This document shows positions 39,747 through 52,700 of a DNA stretch of 64,000 nucleotides, piece by piece. Under the pieces are notes generated by a model. That model did no database searches. It was not told the origin of the DNA and saw only the letters and a list, made by a program, of their open reading frames with translations. This DNA is from Podarcis filfolensis. Taxonomy: Eukaryota. The translations under genes were made by a program, and so were the position numbers. The DNA is taken from the NCBI GenBank assembly GCA_964270895.1, contig OZ185436.1; one strand, given 5' to 3'. Position 1 is the stretch's first letter. Every line of letters begins with the position of its first letter.

Positions 39747-42303
39747 GTGAGAAAAGTTATGGGGCTGTGAGAATTGAACTTGTGTTAATACTGAGCGGGC
39801 TGTCAGAATGTATTGACTCCTCGATGATTGAAGACTTTCAACCCACAGTGCTGATTTTGCTGTCTTTGGTGGTTGTGTATACCATGGTTATGTACCAAAA
39901 ATCTTTCTGTGTTGCTACCTGCTGACAGTGGTTCAGGAATGGTGTGGGCAATAAAGGTAAATGGATATAATTGATTGAACCTTTAACTGGTCATTAGCAT
40001 GGGTCTTTGTGTTCACCTCCCCACCCAGCTTCACTAGGTAATGTTTGGATGTCAGTTCCTCCAAGCTTCTATTCTTTATTTATATAACTTTAGTTTTGAG
40101 TCTGAAACAATAACTGTTTAACACTTTGTACATAAGAAGGTGTCATGCTAATCAGGGGTCGGCCATAGGGATATCAGAATAGATCTCTGGGTGATTTGAT
40201 GTAGAGCGGTAAGGATTTTTGATTCCCAGTTGCTTGGCACTGACAATAACAAAATGACCATCCCTCCGAAGTAATGTGGCTCAAGTGATGAAAAGGGTGG
40301 GGTAACCCAAGGTAGATTTTTATATAGAAGGACTGGGAGCTCAGTTTAGTTCAGTGCTCATATTCAAAACAAATTCCTGAGCTCAGTGTTCTTCAATTCT
40401 AAGTGTGCAACTCTTGTGAGCTGGCTGTGATAGTTGGATCATTGAGCTCTAGTTAAAAAAAGAAGTAGATTTTGCATGCCTGAAGTCTGCCTACTCCTGA
40501 TGTAAATGACAACTAAGCACAACCACAGTCTGTATTGGTCACACTCTCTGAAAAGTGTAATAGCAGCCGCATTGAATGGTCTGTAGAGCTAAAGGATCCT
40601 TTTGCCAGGATAGTTAGTATAAATCTTCCTTTTTTGCTTCTTTATTTGTGGCAAAGATCAGTGTCTTGTTTCCTCTCTCACTGGGGTCTCCACTGCACTT
40701 CCAGTTCTCCTGTCTCCCGAGTTGTATACAATGGCAAGAGAAACAGCAGCCCTCGCTCCCCAAGCAACAGCAGTGAGATCTTCACTCCTGCACATGAGGA
40801 GAATGTGCGTTTCATCTCTGAAGGTGCAGTATTTACATTTGAGAAGGCTGATCTCTTCAGTTGCTGCATCTGCACTGAGTCAGTAGCACATTTCCTTACC
40901 TCTTACCCTGTATATAACATATGTTTCTCATGCGGTTGCCAGTTCTGGTGTTATTTTTTCCTTACTCGTGTATTTAAGATGGGTGCGGGAAAGTGAAGAA
41001 AATGAAGATGAGACTCATTGGAATGTTTAGATATGAATCCAACTCTTGGAACTGACGGATAGTTCTGAGGGTATGTGAGACTTGTCTTCTGATTCTGCAT
41101 CCAGCATTACAAACAGCTGTCATTGCCTCCCTGCTTCTTTATTTGCATTTAAAGACTTCTCCAGTAGTAACGGTCGGACCACTGCTTGGTGTCTAGGCTG
41201 TCTTAGGGTGCCAAAAGCTGGCAGTACTCTTGGGCTAAAGGAAAGGGCTCTTCCGTATTCTCCATGGGAAGTTTTATCCCCACTTTAACTGTTCCCCTTC
41301 TCTGCAGCATGGCAGTGTGTGGAGCGGGATCTCCGCAATCAGATGGCAAGTGGTGAACGGGGACTTGTGGAGGAGTATGTGGAGAAGATGCCAAACCCCA
41401 GTCTGAAAAGTGAGTTTTCTTTTGCTAGCTTTCCCCTTTCAAAGAGAGGTCTAATTTAGTCATGGTTGCACCTCCTTGGTGACAGCCAGTTTAGATTACT
41501 CTGATGTAGGACTGGCTTTGCAGAGCATTTGAAAACATAGAGTCCAAGATGCAGCTGAAAGAATCCTAACTGAAACCCATCACTAGAAGCATTGTTGTCA
41601 TTGGTTTCCAGATAGTTCAAAGTGCTGGTGTTGACTTTTAAAGGTTTATATGGCCTGGACTGACTGCTCCAATCCAGATCTGTCTATTGACTCAATTCAG
41701 GCCCTGTTCCGGTTCTCTCTGGGGTTGAGCTGGATGGTTATGCATGTAAGGGGCTTTTCAGCAGTTGGCACCAGGCTCTGACATTTGTTTCCTTGGAAGC
41801 CCATTTGTCCTCATCTTTCATTTTTCTGACATATGGTGAAAACTCTCTCGTATAGGAGGATATTTGGAAACATATAGTGGATCATGAATTTGATTAGGTA
41901 CATGAATATAGATGTACCTACTTTCTTGCATATTAGAGATTTTCTGGTTGAATAATTTAGGTTATCATTCTAGGTAGAACTGGAGACCCCTTGGGTTTGG
42001 GTTGTAGTAATGGCCTGCTGTGTTGAATAGGTCTGGGGTACCAACTCAAACCATTTAATTAGGTGTGTAGGTTACCTGTGATCTGAATTCCAATTTAGGG
42101 TACTAACTGTTAGGTGATGGTGGGGAGGCTAGCATCTTTGTTCTTATCAAGGCAGGCTGGAGGGAGTATTGATGGAAAGCAATGTTGGTAGTCAGGAATC
42201 TTACCCTAAATTGTGTCTCCTTTCTTCTTTTTTGACAGCTTTCAGACCTGTTGACTTGAGTGACCTAAAGCGGCGGAACACACAGGATGCTAAGAAATCC
42301 TAA
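39739..42303 (+). CDS. MCRIP1: MAPK-regulated corepressor-interacting protein 1 (FAM195B), 4 coding exons, 97 aa
   Basis: join(39739..39746,40705..40823,41308..41409,42239..42303) = 294 nt: MTSSPVSRVVYNGKRNSSPRSPSNSSEIFTPAHEENVRFISEAWQCVERDLRNQMASGERGLVEEYVEKMPNPSLKTFRPVDLSDLKRRNTQDAKKS. CtBP-binding PxDLS motif (PVDLS) and S21/T30 proline-directed sites present. Confidence 0.96.
40705..40823 (+). CDS. MCRIP1: MCRIP1 coding exon 2
   Basis: cttccag| SPVSRVVYNGKR...VRFISE G|gtgcag; 119 nt. Confidence 0.95.
41308..41409 (+). CDS. MCRIP1: MCRIP1 coding exon 3
   Basis: tctgcag| AWQCVERDL...PNPSLK A|gtgagt; 102 nt. Confidence 0.95.
42239..42303 (+). CDS. MCRIP1: MCRIP1 last coding exon
   Basis: tttgacag| TFRPVDLSDLKRRNTQDAKKS TAA. 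Confidence 0.95.
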
Positions 42304-43267
42304 AATGGCTCGGCCTGCCTCAGCCCCAAGTGCTGGCGTGTGGCCACTGGTACATGAATTTGATGACTTTGTGTTGGTTTCCTCCTTTGGTCTGGCTTGT
42401 GCCTGGGGCTGGCTCTGAATTCCCTAAGGAAGGATAGGCTTCTTGCCTTTTCTTCACAGCTTCCCTTGGCCTGGCCTGGCCTGCCTGCCTTCATTCTACA
42501 ATTGGCCCCAGAAATTACCTTTTCCCCTTAGTAAATGACATTTTACTCTGATGGTGGCCAAGAGGTTGGTGTGTACCCTGTCTGTTTTAGGAGTGTGGAA
42601 TAAGGCAGAAGAATCAGGAACAATATCTAATCTCTCCCTATACCCGTCTCAAAGCCCAGCCCTTCTTAGGGCAAGGCTAAGAGAGAATGATGGGACAGAA
42701 GCAATATGGGTTTTCGTAGTCCACCCTATCAATACATTGTGAGAATTCAGACTGACTCCTCATACAGTACCTGAGCTTTTAGACTGGAGGATGAAAGAGT
42801 GTTGTGCTACGATCTCCATATGCTATCTGCTCAGCTCTGTGGCACAACAATGGCAAAACGCTGAAGATAGAGGCTGAGGGACCCAGGTACAAAGTCTCCC
42901 AAGGGAAAACTCTTTTGGGATTCTGTTGTATAGGATAAAACTGAGTCGACTCCCTTATTCTGAGCTGAGCAGGTGCTCCAGGTTCTGCTGTCTTTACACT
43001 CGGCTGACTTGCAGCCCCAGCCAGGGGGGGCAGGTAGCATTTCTGAGCTAGCCCCAGAGCCCAGCCCCTGTGCCCCAGCAGGGCTGGGGACAGCCTTGGT
43101 GTGTGCTGGGCACTGGCAAGTGGCAGTAGTGCCCAAGTTTGTGTCCAGCTCAGGCAGTGATGTTGGGGACCCTGCTCAGAGTTGGGTAGGCAAGGGGCAT
43201 GGTGGCTGTTCTTTTCCCTTTGTAATGTCCCCTCTTGGTCTGTGTCTGTCTTTTAAGGAGTGTTGTA

Positions 43268-43273
43268 AATAAA
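43268..43273 (+). terminator. Candidate MCRIP1 polyadenylation signal
   Basis: AATAAA about 965 nt after the stop codon. Confidence 0.4.
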
Positions 43274-46200
43274 AACTGGTTAGTCATTTTGACATTCTGC
43301 TCTGAGAATTTATCCTGCATCTCTAGCTGGGTTCCCATGAACGGGGCTTGCTTACCAATCTTTCTTTGGGTTCCATGTTCTCATTGCTCTGAACTGCTTC
43401 ACCTGAGCCAGAGTGAATTTTCTCAAAAGGAAGGGGATTTGTTTTGTTCCTTTTGTTGCCCTAACGGCAGTGTTTGGCAGCTTCCTGTGTTTTTACTTGA
43501 CTATTACTCTCCATTGGTGCTGGGCTAGTTGCAACTTAGTCTGTCTGGAGTAATTTACAGTTCAACCTAACCTGATGCTGTTGTGATGGTTAAGCCTCCA
43601 GAAGGGCATTCAAGTCCCTTTTGCAATCCTGTAGGGGAGAAGGAACTATGAAATACCTAGTCCCTTAGGTGTGATGTATTTAGCTATCAGTATTCAGAAA
43701 GATATCCTAGTCCTTGGTAAACAGTTGCCATTTGGATACACATTATTTTGTGCACCTTAGAAGGGTGTTCACATCGTGCTGTGAAGGAGGTGGAGTTGCG
43801 GGCTGGTTGGGGAAAGTGCTTCATGTTAGCTATGAGGTGACACCTACTGTGAAGCAAGGCCTCTCTCACAACTTGCTATTTCCTTGGCTAATGACATGGT
43901 CATTTTCTGTGTGATTGGCAGCAGGCACCTACAGTGTTTCCTATGCTTGGAATACTGGTGCTTAATAGGGTTAGCACGGGGTTTATCTGGTGTTGGGTTA
44001 TGTCGAGTAGTCTTAGCTGACACCTTAAGAAGTTTTTGTGTGCACAGAACACATATGTGCCTCTGCAGCAGAATGGAGGAGACTTTCAGACATCCATTTC
44101 TCCTAAGGCAACAGGGTAGGGAGTGTTGCTTAGTAAGGTATTTTTCCTCCTTGAAGTCTGGGGACTGGAGCAGTAATGCCTGTAGGGTCAACAGGAAGCT
44201 AACATTATTTTCACATTGTAATCTGGCTGCAGGTGATATTATTACCTTTAGTTGGATTAGCAGGATTTTCCTACAGCAGAAAATTGAATCAGCACCCCCA
44301 AATGCAGTAACGCTTGAATCCTCAGTAGTTTGCTGTGCTGTGGATATTTTATCTCAGTCTACTTTCCCAAATATATCTCTATGCTAGCTTTGAAATCATA
44401 CCCAACTTGCTGAGCGCTTTTGCCAGTCTTGATTGAAGTGGGCAATATTTACACCCAGCCTGACCAATTTGTTTACTTTGACCAAATGTCATGTCATGAA
44501 TTGGATTAGAACAGAGTGTGTTTCTCTGCCAACAGGCAGCACAAAAACGTAGCTATGAAAGCAACATGGAGCATAGTGCCAAGGAGACGTCAAGGAAGAT
44601 ATAGAAGATCAAATGAAGAAAATAAAGGTTGCCCGTGGTGTGATAATGATAAACGGGATGGTTTCAGTAAATCCTTCAGCACCTTTAACCATGTACTTCC
44701 CTCCATGCAGTATTGCAGGGTTTCTTTTTCTGGCTGAAATATGAAGCCAACGTGGGAATTAACCCAATTAAGTGAGATCTTAATTTGTTGATCCAAGCTA
44801 AACAAAAAGGGCAGTTTTCCAAGACACTCTGAAAGTGTGAATCTTTACTTGGGATAGGTTTACATTCTATTTGTGGGGTTAGTCCATAGACGTTACTTCT
44901 TTCCATTAATCATTATTGCTCTTGCTTGTGTTTAATAGGTTATGCTTTAGTGCAATGCTGCCTCAGGGAAAATGTGGTTGCAGCCCAAAACAGCCCTGTG
45001 TCTAGCCCCCCCCCCCCATTTTTGAGGAAAACAAGGAGAACCAGACATGTTGTTTTTGGTAATATGTAGTTATATCCCTTGTTCTTCACCAGATATTTTG
45101 GGATGTGTACAGGCTTTATAGATTTCAGAAAATATGATCAGCCTCAGAATTACTCCTCCTGCTCCAGCTTTTTGATGATACAGGTATAGATACAGGAATA
45201 TGCAGTGCATTGTGAATCTTTGAGGCTGGATGTCAGCCCTCAACCCATTGTGTTGGGATGCCAAAGACTGTAAATGTGCTGATCACATCTGTCCCTTCTG
45301 TTGAAAAGGCTACAGAATGGTCGTTCATTAGTGCTAACCCATGTGGCTGTTTGTGTTACACCTACATAATTTGAGTCTTTCCTTTGATTTGACTGGGCAG
45401 TGTCCCCTGCAACCTCTCACCTGAGTGGCTGCATCGTTAGACGAGACACCTTTGCCAGACACTCACCCACCCCCAAAAATATTCCAAATGTGGGCACAAC
45501 TGTAATGTGATAAGATTATATGGAACAAAGCAGCTCATGTTGATTTCTCAACATAAACATTTTATCATGTAAATTGACCCTTAATCACTCAAGAGTGATG
45601 GGCTTGGTATAGACTTTGACCAGAGAGTTTATAATGCTATGTTTTAAAAATGCAAAATTAACATGGTGGGCGAAACTTTTATATGTGTATATCCAGCTAT
45701 GTACCATCCACATTACTGTGCGTCACACAACTATATGGGTAAAGGAGGACGACATTTGGGCAGCCATTTCCTATAGTCAGTTTTTTTAGTTTGTTTATTT
45801 AAGTGCAATAATGAGATTACCTTTAGGTCTTTGAAAGTGATAGGGAAAATCTGCAGTGCTGAAACGATGGCAGTGAAGAGAAAGAGGGGTGAGTCTTAAA
45901 TCTTAAAAGTTAGCACCATGGCACTTTTCATTTTGACATTATTGTGTGAAGAACTTAACTTTTTAAATAAGTATCGCCAAAAAAGTGTCTTGATGCTAAT
46001 GATCGGAACTAAGGGAATAATAAAGAATTCTTGATAAAATGATGCCCCTTATAGAGGTGATAGTGGAGGTGTGATACTGCTGATATGTTCACCTGCCCGA
46101 CAAGACACCACACACATTGGAATTGGAAAAGCCTAGCTATGGCTATCTGCGTGTGCAGAAAAACTGGAACCAGTTCTCGTAAAAAATTAAAAGCAGATAT

Positions 46201-46338
46201 TCTGAGCTCCGAGAAAAGGCAGAAGAACCATAGAAGAAACACGGGGGGGGGGGGGGACAACAATTGGATGCTGACATCATGTGGGTGCCTTGTGGAAAGT
46301 GAGTGAATGAAGCAATAATAATAAAAATAATGATATAA

Positions 46339-46390
46339 TTTATTATTTATACCCCGTCCGTATGGCTGGGTTTCACAAGGCAGTTTAACA
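46339..46390 (-). mobile_element. L2-type 3' tail fragment
   Basis: Reverse strand ...AACTGCCTTGTGAAACCCAGCC...GGGGTATAAATAATAAA. Confidence 0.45.
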
Positions 46391-46451
46391 CTAACCGAGT
46401 ACAGAAACTAACCCCAGTGTGGGTGCTTGGGAATAAAGTGTCCTAGGTACA

Positions 46452-46453
<2 letters not shown>

Positions 46454-46486
<33 letters not shown>
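46454..46486. repeat. (TG)16 microsatellite
   Basis: Direct reading. Confidence 0.95.
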
Positions 46487-46488
<2 letters not shown>

Positions 46489-49400
46489 TCTTGGTCTCCA
46501 GCTAAATGACTATTCATTTGCCAGCTTGGATTTTGTCCCTGGGCCTCCAGCTGCCAATCCCTACGTTCTGCCTTCTACTTAACGTGGCGGCTGTATTTGT
46601 AGATGGATCACACGTCATCTTGTTTTTGCATGATTCACGTTGTTGTGGAACTTCAGGGCACATGCTCGTGGTCTCTTGAGATGAGCTTGTCACCTCTTAC
46701 CCAGCCAGCCATACTCAAATGATCAAAAGTTGTGAAATAGTGTGCTTTCCCCATCCTTTTAGCATACACTTACATGAACAGTGGGGGATTCTATTCAGCT
46801 TAAGTGATTGTGAATGTGGAACTGGAAGAGTACGTGAATTAACAACATGGAACACTGTCTTTTTACAGCCGCACACCTTATACATAGGAGTGTGGAAGCC
46901 AACTTAATGGCTTTGGAAACCTGCACTGTTTTCCACACTCATAAGGTACCACAATCCTGCAAGAAAGCATGAGACATCCCTGTTGCTGTCTGAGGGGACT
47001 GGGATTTAAATGCTGCATCTATTAATATACCCAGATCTGTTTTCGTCCTTTGGTCCAGAGGATTTATTGCCATCTAAATTACACTTACTAGATACAAGAT
47101 TTCCCCCATCACTTCACCAAGGCTGAACCCTGTCACCTCTGGCCACTGTGAATCTCTTGAAACACAGTCCTATTTAGAGAGTCTGACCTATGAGGTTTAT
47201 GAGCTATTCCCCCCCCCTTGCATTTTGTGGCCTAGAATTCTTTTTGGGGTTATGAGGTCAAATTTTGGCATAGTGGGTCTAATTACATTAAATAAAAAAA
47301 ATGTTTTCACCGCTGAAAAAGTGAGGACTTTTACCAAATCACAAAAGTAATTGGATTTAATAGTCCTTGCTGTTAATGCTAGCTCTGATCCTGCACAAGT
47401 TGACATGATACCCTTCACACATGAAACGCTAGAGGAACAGGAATATTGTTGCAGGGAATAGCCTTTCCACTACCACTCCATTTCAGAGGGGTGGGGGGCT
47501 CAAAACCTTCACTCAAAACCATAATTAAATTCTAAGGAAAATAAAATGAATTATTCTAGAAAGGTATTGCATTGCAAAAAGAAGGGGGCAGCCATGCTGC
47601 TCTACAAATCTCTCTCTCTCTCTGTGTAACAGGTTTTTGTGTGAATATGCTTGTTCCTGAAAGATACAGCAGATTCAGAAAAGATACAGAAATATTCAGC
47701 TTTTAGAGAACCTTTTTAAAAAGTGGCAAAATGATGGGGTCAGGGAAGCTTATCACTTTTAGGTATGTACAGTGTTCACTCCTGTAACAGTTGTGGCAAA
47801 TAAAAGGAAATAGCAAATTCCCAGTTGCAAAATACCGTAGCTTGAGTATTTTTTTAAATTAAAAAGTGCAGCGAGTTTGCAAATAGCTTGGAGGCAAGGG
47901 CACATGTAGCTTTCTCACAACAACAAAAATACTGTGCATTTGTTTTGCATTTAAATTGTCCTAAAATACCTTGCACGTTGAAGAGAAACCCATCTAATGA
48001 AAGAAAGAAAAAGGGTGTTGCTCATACTATAGATTTAAACCTGTGGAGAGTTCAGAGTAAAAACAAATATCTGATGTTGATGTGGGTGGAACAGTTTCCC
48101 TAGTTGATGTGTCAGCAAGCACTCATTAACACAAAGATCAATGTCGCTTGGTTGATCGCAGAAAATAAGGAATATTCTTCTGTCCAACAGACAGGGCCAC
48201 ATTTCCTATTCTGTGTTTTTAATCCTCTTCCTGCTTTCTCACTAAATCCCTTTCAGTGAATTCACCCATCCATGTAGGCCCTTAGATATGAAAATAGTAA
48301 AGCCTTTGCATCTATTCCACGCTCATCCCTGATGACACAGATATGCCTATCTGCATATTGAGTCTGTCCCCACTTCTGACACACTAACAGAAAGCTTTTT
48401 TTTTTTTTTTAAGTTGCCTTCTTTATTCTTCCTATTTGCTTGTCTACTTTGGACACCTTTCCTATTGTTAATTAGCTGCCTGGTAGCTAATTAACTACTG
48501 TTCTTATGATTCTGCTGCAAGACTTGTATCAATCTGTGATATCCCTGAAATCACAAGTGTTTCGTGATTTATATAACATGTATAGAAAGGGATGGTGCGT
48601 TGCCAAACATGATTAAAACAGTGTTAAAAGTTATAGGAGAATGAAGAGCAGGTATTATCTTGTGGCTATACAGCAGCGCAGGTGTGGATAAGGTGAGATC
48701 TGCTCACCAGGCGACGGGGGGCCTGAAGTGGTGTGTCAATCCGTGTGAGGCCTTCTTTGTTCCACTTTCATTTCTACTTGGAAGTCAGCAACTTGTGTGA
48801 TACAGTATGGCACAAGAGAGAGAATTTGGAGTACCCAAGCTCTAGCTGGATGGACTGAAACTTGTTTAATTGATTGCATCCATAAATGTAAGGAGGCTGC
48901 AATCCTTTCTGCCCATAAACAAAACGGAAGTGGCTTGGCTGGCTGAAAATAAAAATATAAAACTGAGTCCAACAAAGAGCACCCTCTCCTCTCATTCCTG
49001 TTTTCTCTCTCATGTCAAGTGAAAGGAGCCACAGTGTGAAGCAATGCCCTTGAGCTCCTATGTTTTCTCTGTCCTGATGGGGAAATAAGTTTGGATAAAA
49101 TTTTGTGGGACGTTCCCTGTTTTTGTCTGAAGATGGCAGTGCTGATACAAATGAAACATGCCTTGTTGGCGAAGTCTTGGCTCTCATTAGGGAGTGAATA
49201 GACAAGAAAAAGAAACCAGTCACAAGAACATCAACTGTACCAGACTAGATTGAGTTGACGGCCTGACCTGCTCAGTATGCTGTCCCAGTTGCACAACAGA
49301 AAAATGTACAAACAAGGTTAATATAGGTAGATGTATGCCTTGTGATCTATTCCCAGCTTATAAAAAAACTAGAAATAATTTGAGTCTAAACTTGCTGTGT

Positions 49401-49539
49401 CCCAGAGGTAGAGTGAAGAACTCCTAGAAAGGAAGAACTGGCACCTGCAAAGCCTAATATCCAAAGAGTACGTGGTTTATTCTGAGGCAGGATACTGATC
49501 ATTAATCTACAGTAATCGGGAACTAAGTTTTAAAATGTA

Positions 49540-49781
49540 CAGTGGTACCTTGGGTTAAGTACTTAATTCGTTCCGGAGGTCCGTACTTAACCTGAAACTG
49601 TACTTAACCTGAAGCACCACTTCAGTTAATGGGGCCTCCTGCTGCTGCCGCGCAGCCGGAGCACGATTTCTGTTCTCATCCTGAAGCAAAGTTCTTAACC
49701 TGAAGCACTATTTCTTGGTTAGCGGAGTCTGTAACCTGCAGCGTATGTAACCTGAAGCGTATGTAACCCGAGGTACCACTG
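49540..49781. mobile_element. Tc1/mariner (Tigger/pogo-like) MITE
   Basis: TA|CAGTGGTACCTTGGGTTA ... TAACCCGAGGTACCACTG|TA (17/18 TIR match); repeated internal TAACCTGAA motifs. Confidence 0.9.
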
Positions 49782-52700
49782 TACAATAGTTCAGCTACAT
49801 CAGCATATTCCACCATATTCCGAACCAAACTTGTATAGTCTTCTATCATCATAGAGTTAAAACGTTCTTCCTAAAGCCAAGCATCAACCTTTTGGGTGGT
49901 TGGTAGAGCTCTTCTATTTGTTTCCTGCTGTTGACAGGCTTCAAGTAGTTGAATACTAGATTATGTCACCTCTTAGTATTTTCTGTGCTAAGCAAAATCA
50001 ACTTCTGCAATCTGTTTTTATCATGGCACCACTTGTTCTCCAGTTATCCAGCATACTTGGGGCGGAGAGTTAAGTTCTAGAAATCATGAAGTGTTTTTGA
50101 CCTTTCCTGTGTGAGGAAGAGCAAAGTGGTCTTAATAAGCTAACTCACCAACAAGGGCTATCTTCAAAATATGAAGATTTCCCTAAATACTTACTGACAT
50201 AGAAAGTGTGAATTTTTGAAGCCTAGTCTTCCTTATGCCCAAGTTAGCCCAGGTGCTGAGGGTTGATTCCTCCAAACGCATCTTCAGCTCTTTTCATTCA
50301 GATGAGAATACACAGCATCACCCAACCATCCATCTAGTTATGTGTGAGAAGTTTTAAAGCGATAATTTATCTGCCGCACATGTATGCTGCCCTTCCAAGG
50401 TGCTCCATATGGGATGCTAATCTCAGAGCTCCTCCAGACAACCTGTTTATTGAGCATTCATCCTCATTTACTTGCACTATTTAACCTTATGCAGAGGTTA
50501 CCGTAGTTTATGTGTGGTCTTTACTGAGCATATGTTCTGATTTGCTTGTAGGGTGTTCATATACCTTTCCGTTAGCCATTCGTGCCAGTGCATTTCCTCT
50601 TCACTTTCTTAATCACAAAAATCCATTTAAAAAAAGGATTTGTTGCACTATGGTGACAGAGCACTCTAATCCACTTTAATTGGTATGCACTTGAATCCCT
50701 CCTGCAAAATACAACCTGGAGTTGCCCTCACAGTCCCTGCCCTTTGTACTGTAGGTTAGGTAGGCAGAGAGAAAGTGATTTGCCTAGGCTTACTCAATGA
50801 GCTTGGGGCTGAACCAGCTTTTGAATCCTAGATTTTCCATATTCAATCCTGACAGTAGCCAGATAACCACACAGCTCCTGTTAACCTAGGACAGTTTGCT
50901 ATGACAATAGGCTAAGAAACCCCTGTGAATGATGTATGCAGACTGATTGCTGGATTTCTTCAATCAGAATAGTGATGAGAACTAAGTACGGAATTGGCTT
51001 CTAAAATGCCCTGAAGATTTTCAAGGAGAACAGATCTGTCATTGGCCGTATATACCCCTAATGAAATACATAACGCTACCAGAAATTGGGAGGGACTCTG
51101 TTCTGTTTGCACCTTGCATCAGTAAGTCCTTCCTCTTCTGCATCTAGAGGGGGTGGTTCTTGGAAATGAGTTGCTCATTGTTGTGACTCAGTTCTAATGA
51201 CGCGCTTGGCCAACAGCCCCTGATAGAAAACATTGTTCCCTTCATTTAAGCCTTTAATTATGTACTGTAGTCATTACACTGCTGTTGGCGCAGAGCTGAG
51301 ATACGCAAAACACGCATTCGGTTATGTGGTCTGCGTGAAAGGATCTAGGAACCCTCATAGGCATGGATGGAATCCCTGGTGGTGTGGTTCAGATGTGTGT
51401 TTGGAATAGAGCCAAATTTCTGCATCAACTTACTATAGTGGATGTCTTGCATTAACTCTACAATTCAGTCTGTACACTTGATCTGTGTAGGTGTTCTTGT
51501 ACCTGCTCAGTCTATACTTGCAAGTACAGAATGAATTTGGGGCGGCAGCACTGTTTTCACAAGGTACAAGCATACATTTGGCTCTAGATGACTAGTTTTT
51601 AAAAGGATGGTCAATAGAAGCATCTTGGAACCAAAGCTTGACTGCGCATCTCTAGGAATGTCCTGTGCAACCTGAGGGATGGAGGTGCCATGGCAGCAGT
51701 GGGGCAGTGAATGCAAGTTATATTTGGAATTACAAAAGGCAAACGCCCTATAACAAAAGTGAACTCAAACAATACCAAAATGAAATTAGGTTGCTTGTAC
51801 TGCAAATACTGGAAACTGCTTTCTCCCCCAGAGATGTGTGTGTTCGCATGTGCTTTTCACTGCAGTTTCTTCAATTCTTCTGTGACAAATTAGTAGCTTC
51901 TTGAGATGGGGTGAAAATAGCACAGTATTCAAGTTAGGCTGACACCCCAAATATATGTGGTTGTGATATTTTTGGCTTTATTTTTATGTTTCCCCTAACA
52001 GTTCTTGACATTGTTTGTCTCTTTGATGACTGTTCAGTACATCAAGCTGATATTTTCTCAGTGAGCTGTGTTATCTGTAAGGATTATCAGATGTCTTTTC
52101 TGCATACTTCATTTTTCTAGAATCCCAACACTTGTGCTTCTCAACCTTGAATTTGATTGCATTGTTTCTTATGAGGCATTTTACGAGATCTGTGTGTAAG
52201 TCTGTTGCAGCATTTTATGAGCTTAATTGTGCTAAATCAAACTGATTGTCTGCCGGTTGTGCAAACTTCCTCTCCATCCCCTTTTCCAGTTAATCAATGG
52301 GTAAACTGTGAGACACCCTGCAGTTTACCTTTTCTACATGGTGAAAAATCCCACTCATCTCAAGGCTCATTCTTCTTTTAACCTGATCTATCAATGAACT
52401 AGTTTCTCTTATCCTATGAGTCATGACAAGGGATCTAGATACCTGAATGACTTTTTCTGCTTTGAGCTGCAGAATATATAATTTTAAACAGGTTTCAGTG
52501 ACGTTTTGGAATTCAAAGCTGTTGTTTTTCAAAGCATGATTTAATTAAGCTTTTCAAAATCCAGTTGATAATGATAGGAAAAGTTAAGCAAGTGCCGTTC
52601 CTGAAATCAAGGAAACTTAAAAGTACTTAATTTTGGCTGGGTTTAGTTTTAAGGTTCTTGTCCTCTTTGTTTACATATCCATTAGCTTCCCTTAGCTCCC

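Noticed and set aside
40285-40385. C/D-box snoRNA (GTGATGA ... CTGA) in MCRIP1 intron 2
   Set aside because: There is no terminal stem closing the boxes, and I recognised no rRNA-complementary guide. The same applies to GTGATGA at 50972.
40535-40996. 153-aa ORF containing MCRIP1 sequence
   Set aside because: Only 40705-40823 is exonic (clear splice sites). The rest is intronic read-through.
44516-44737. Exon-like purine-rich segment after an acceptor at about 44534
   Set aside because: It has no good donor, two of three frames are closed, and it has no recognisable homology.
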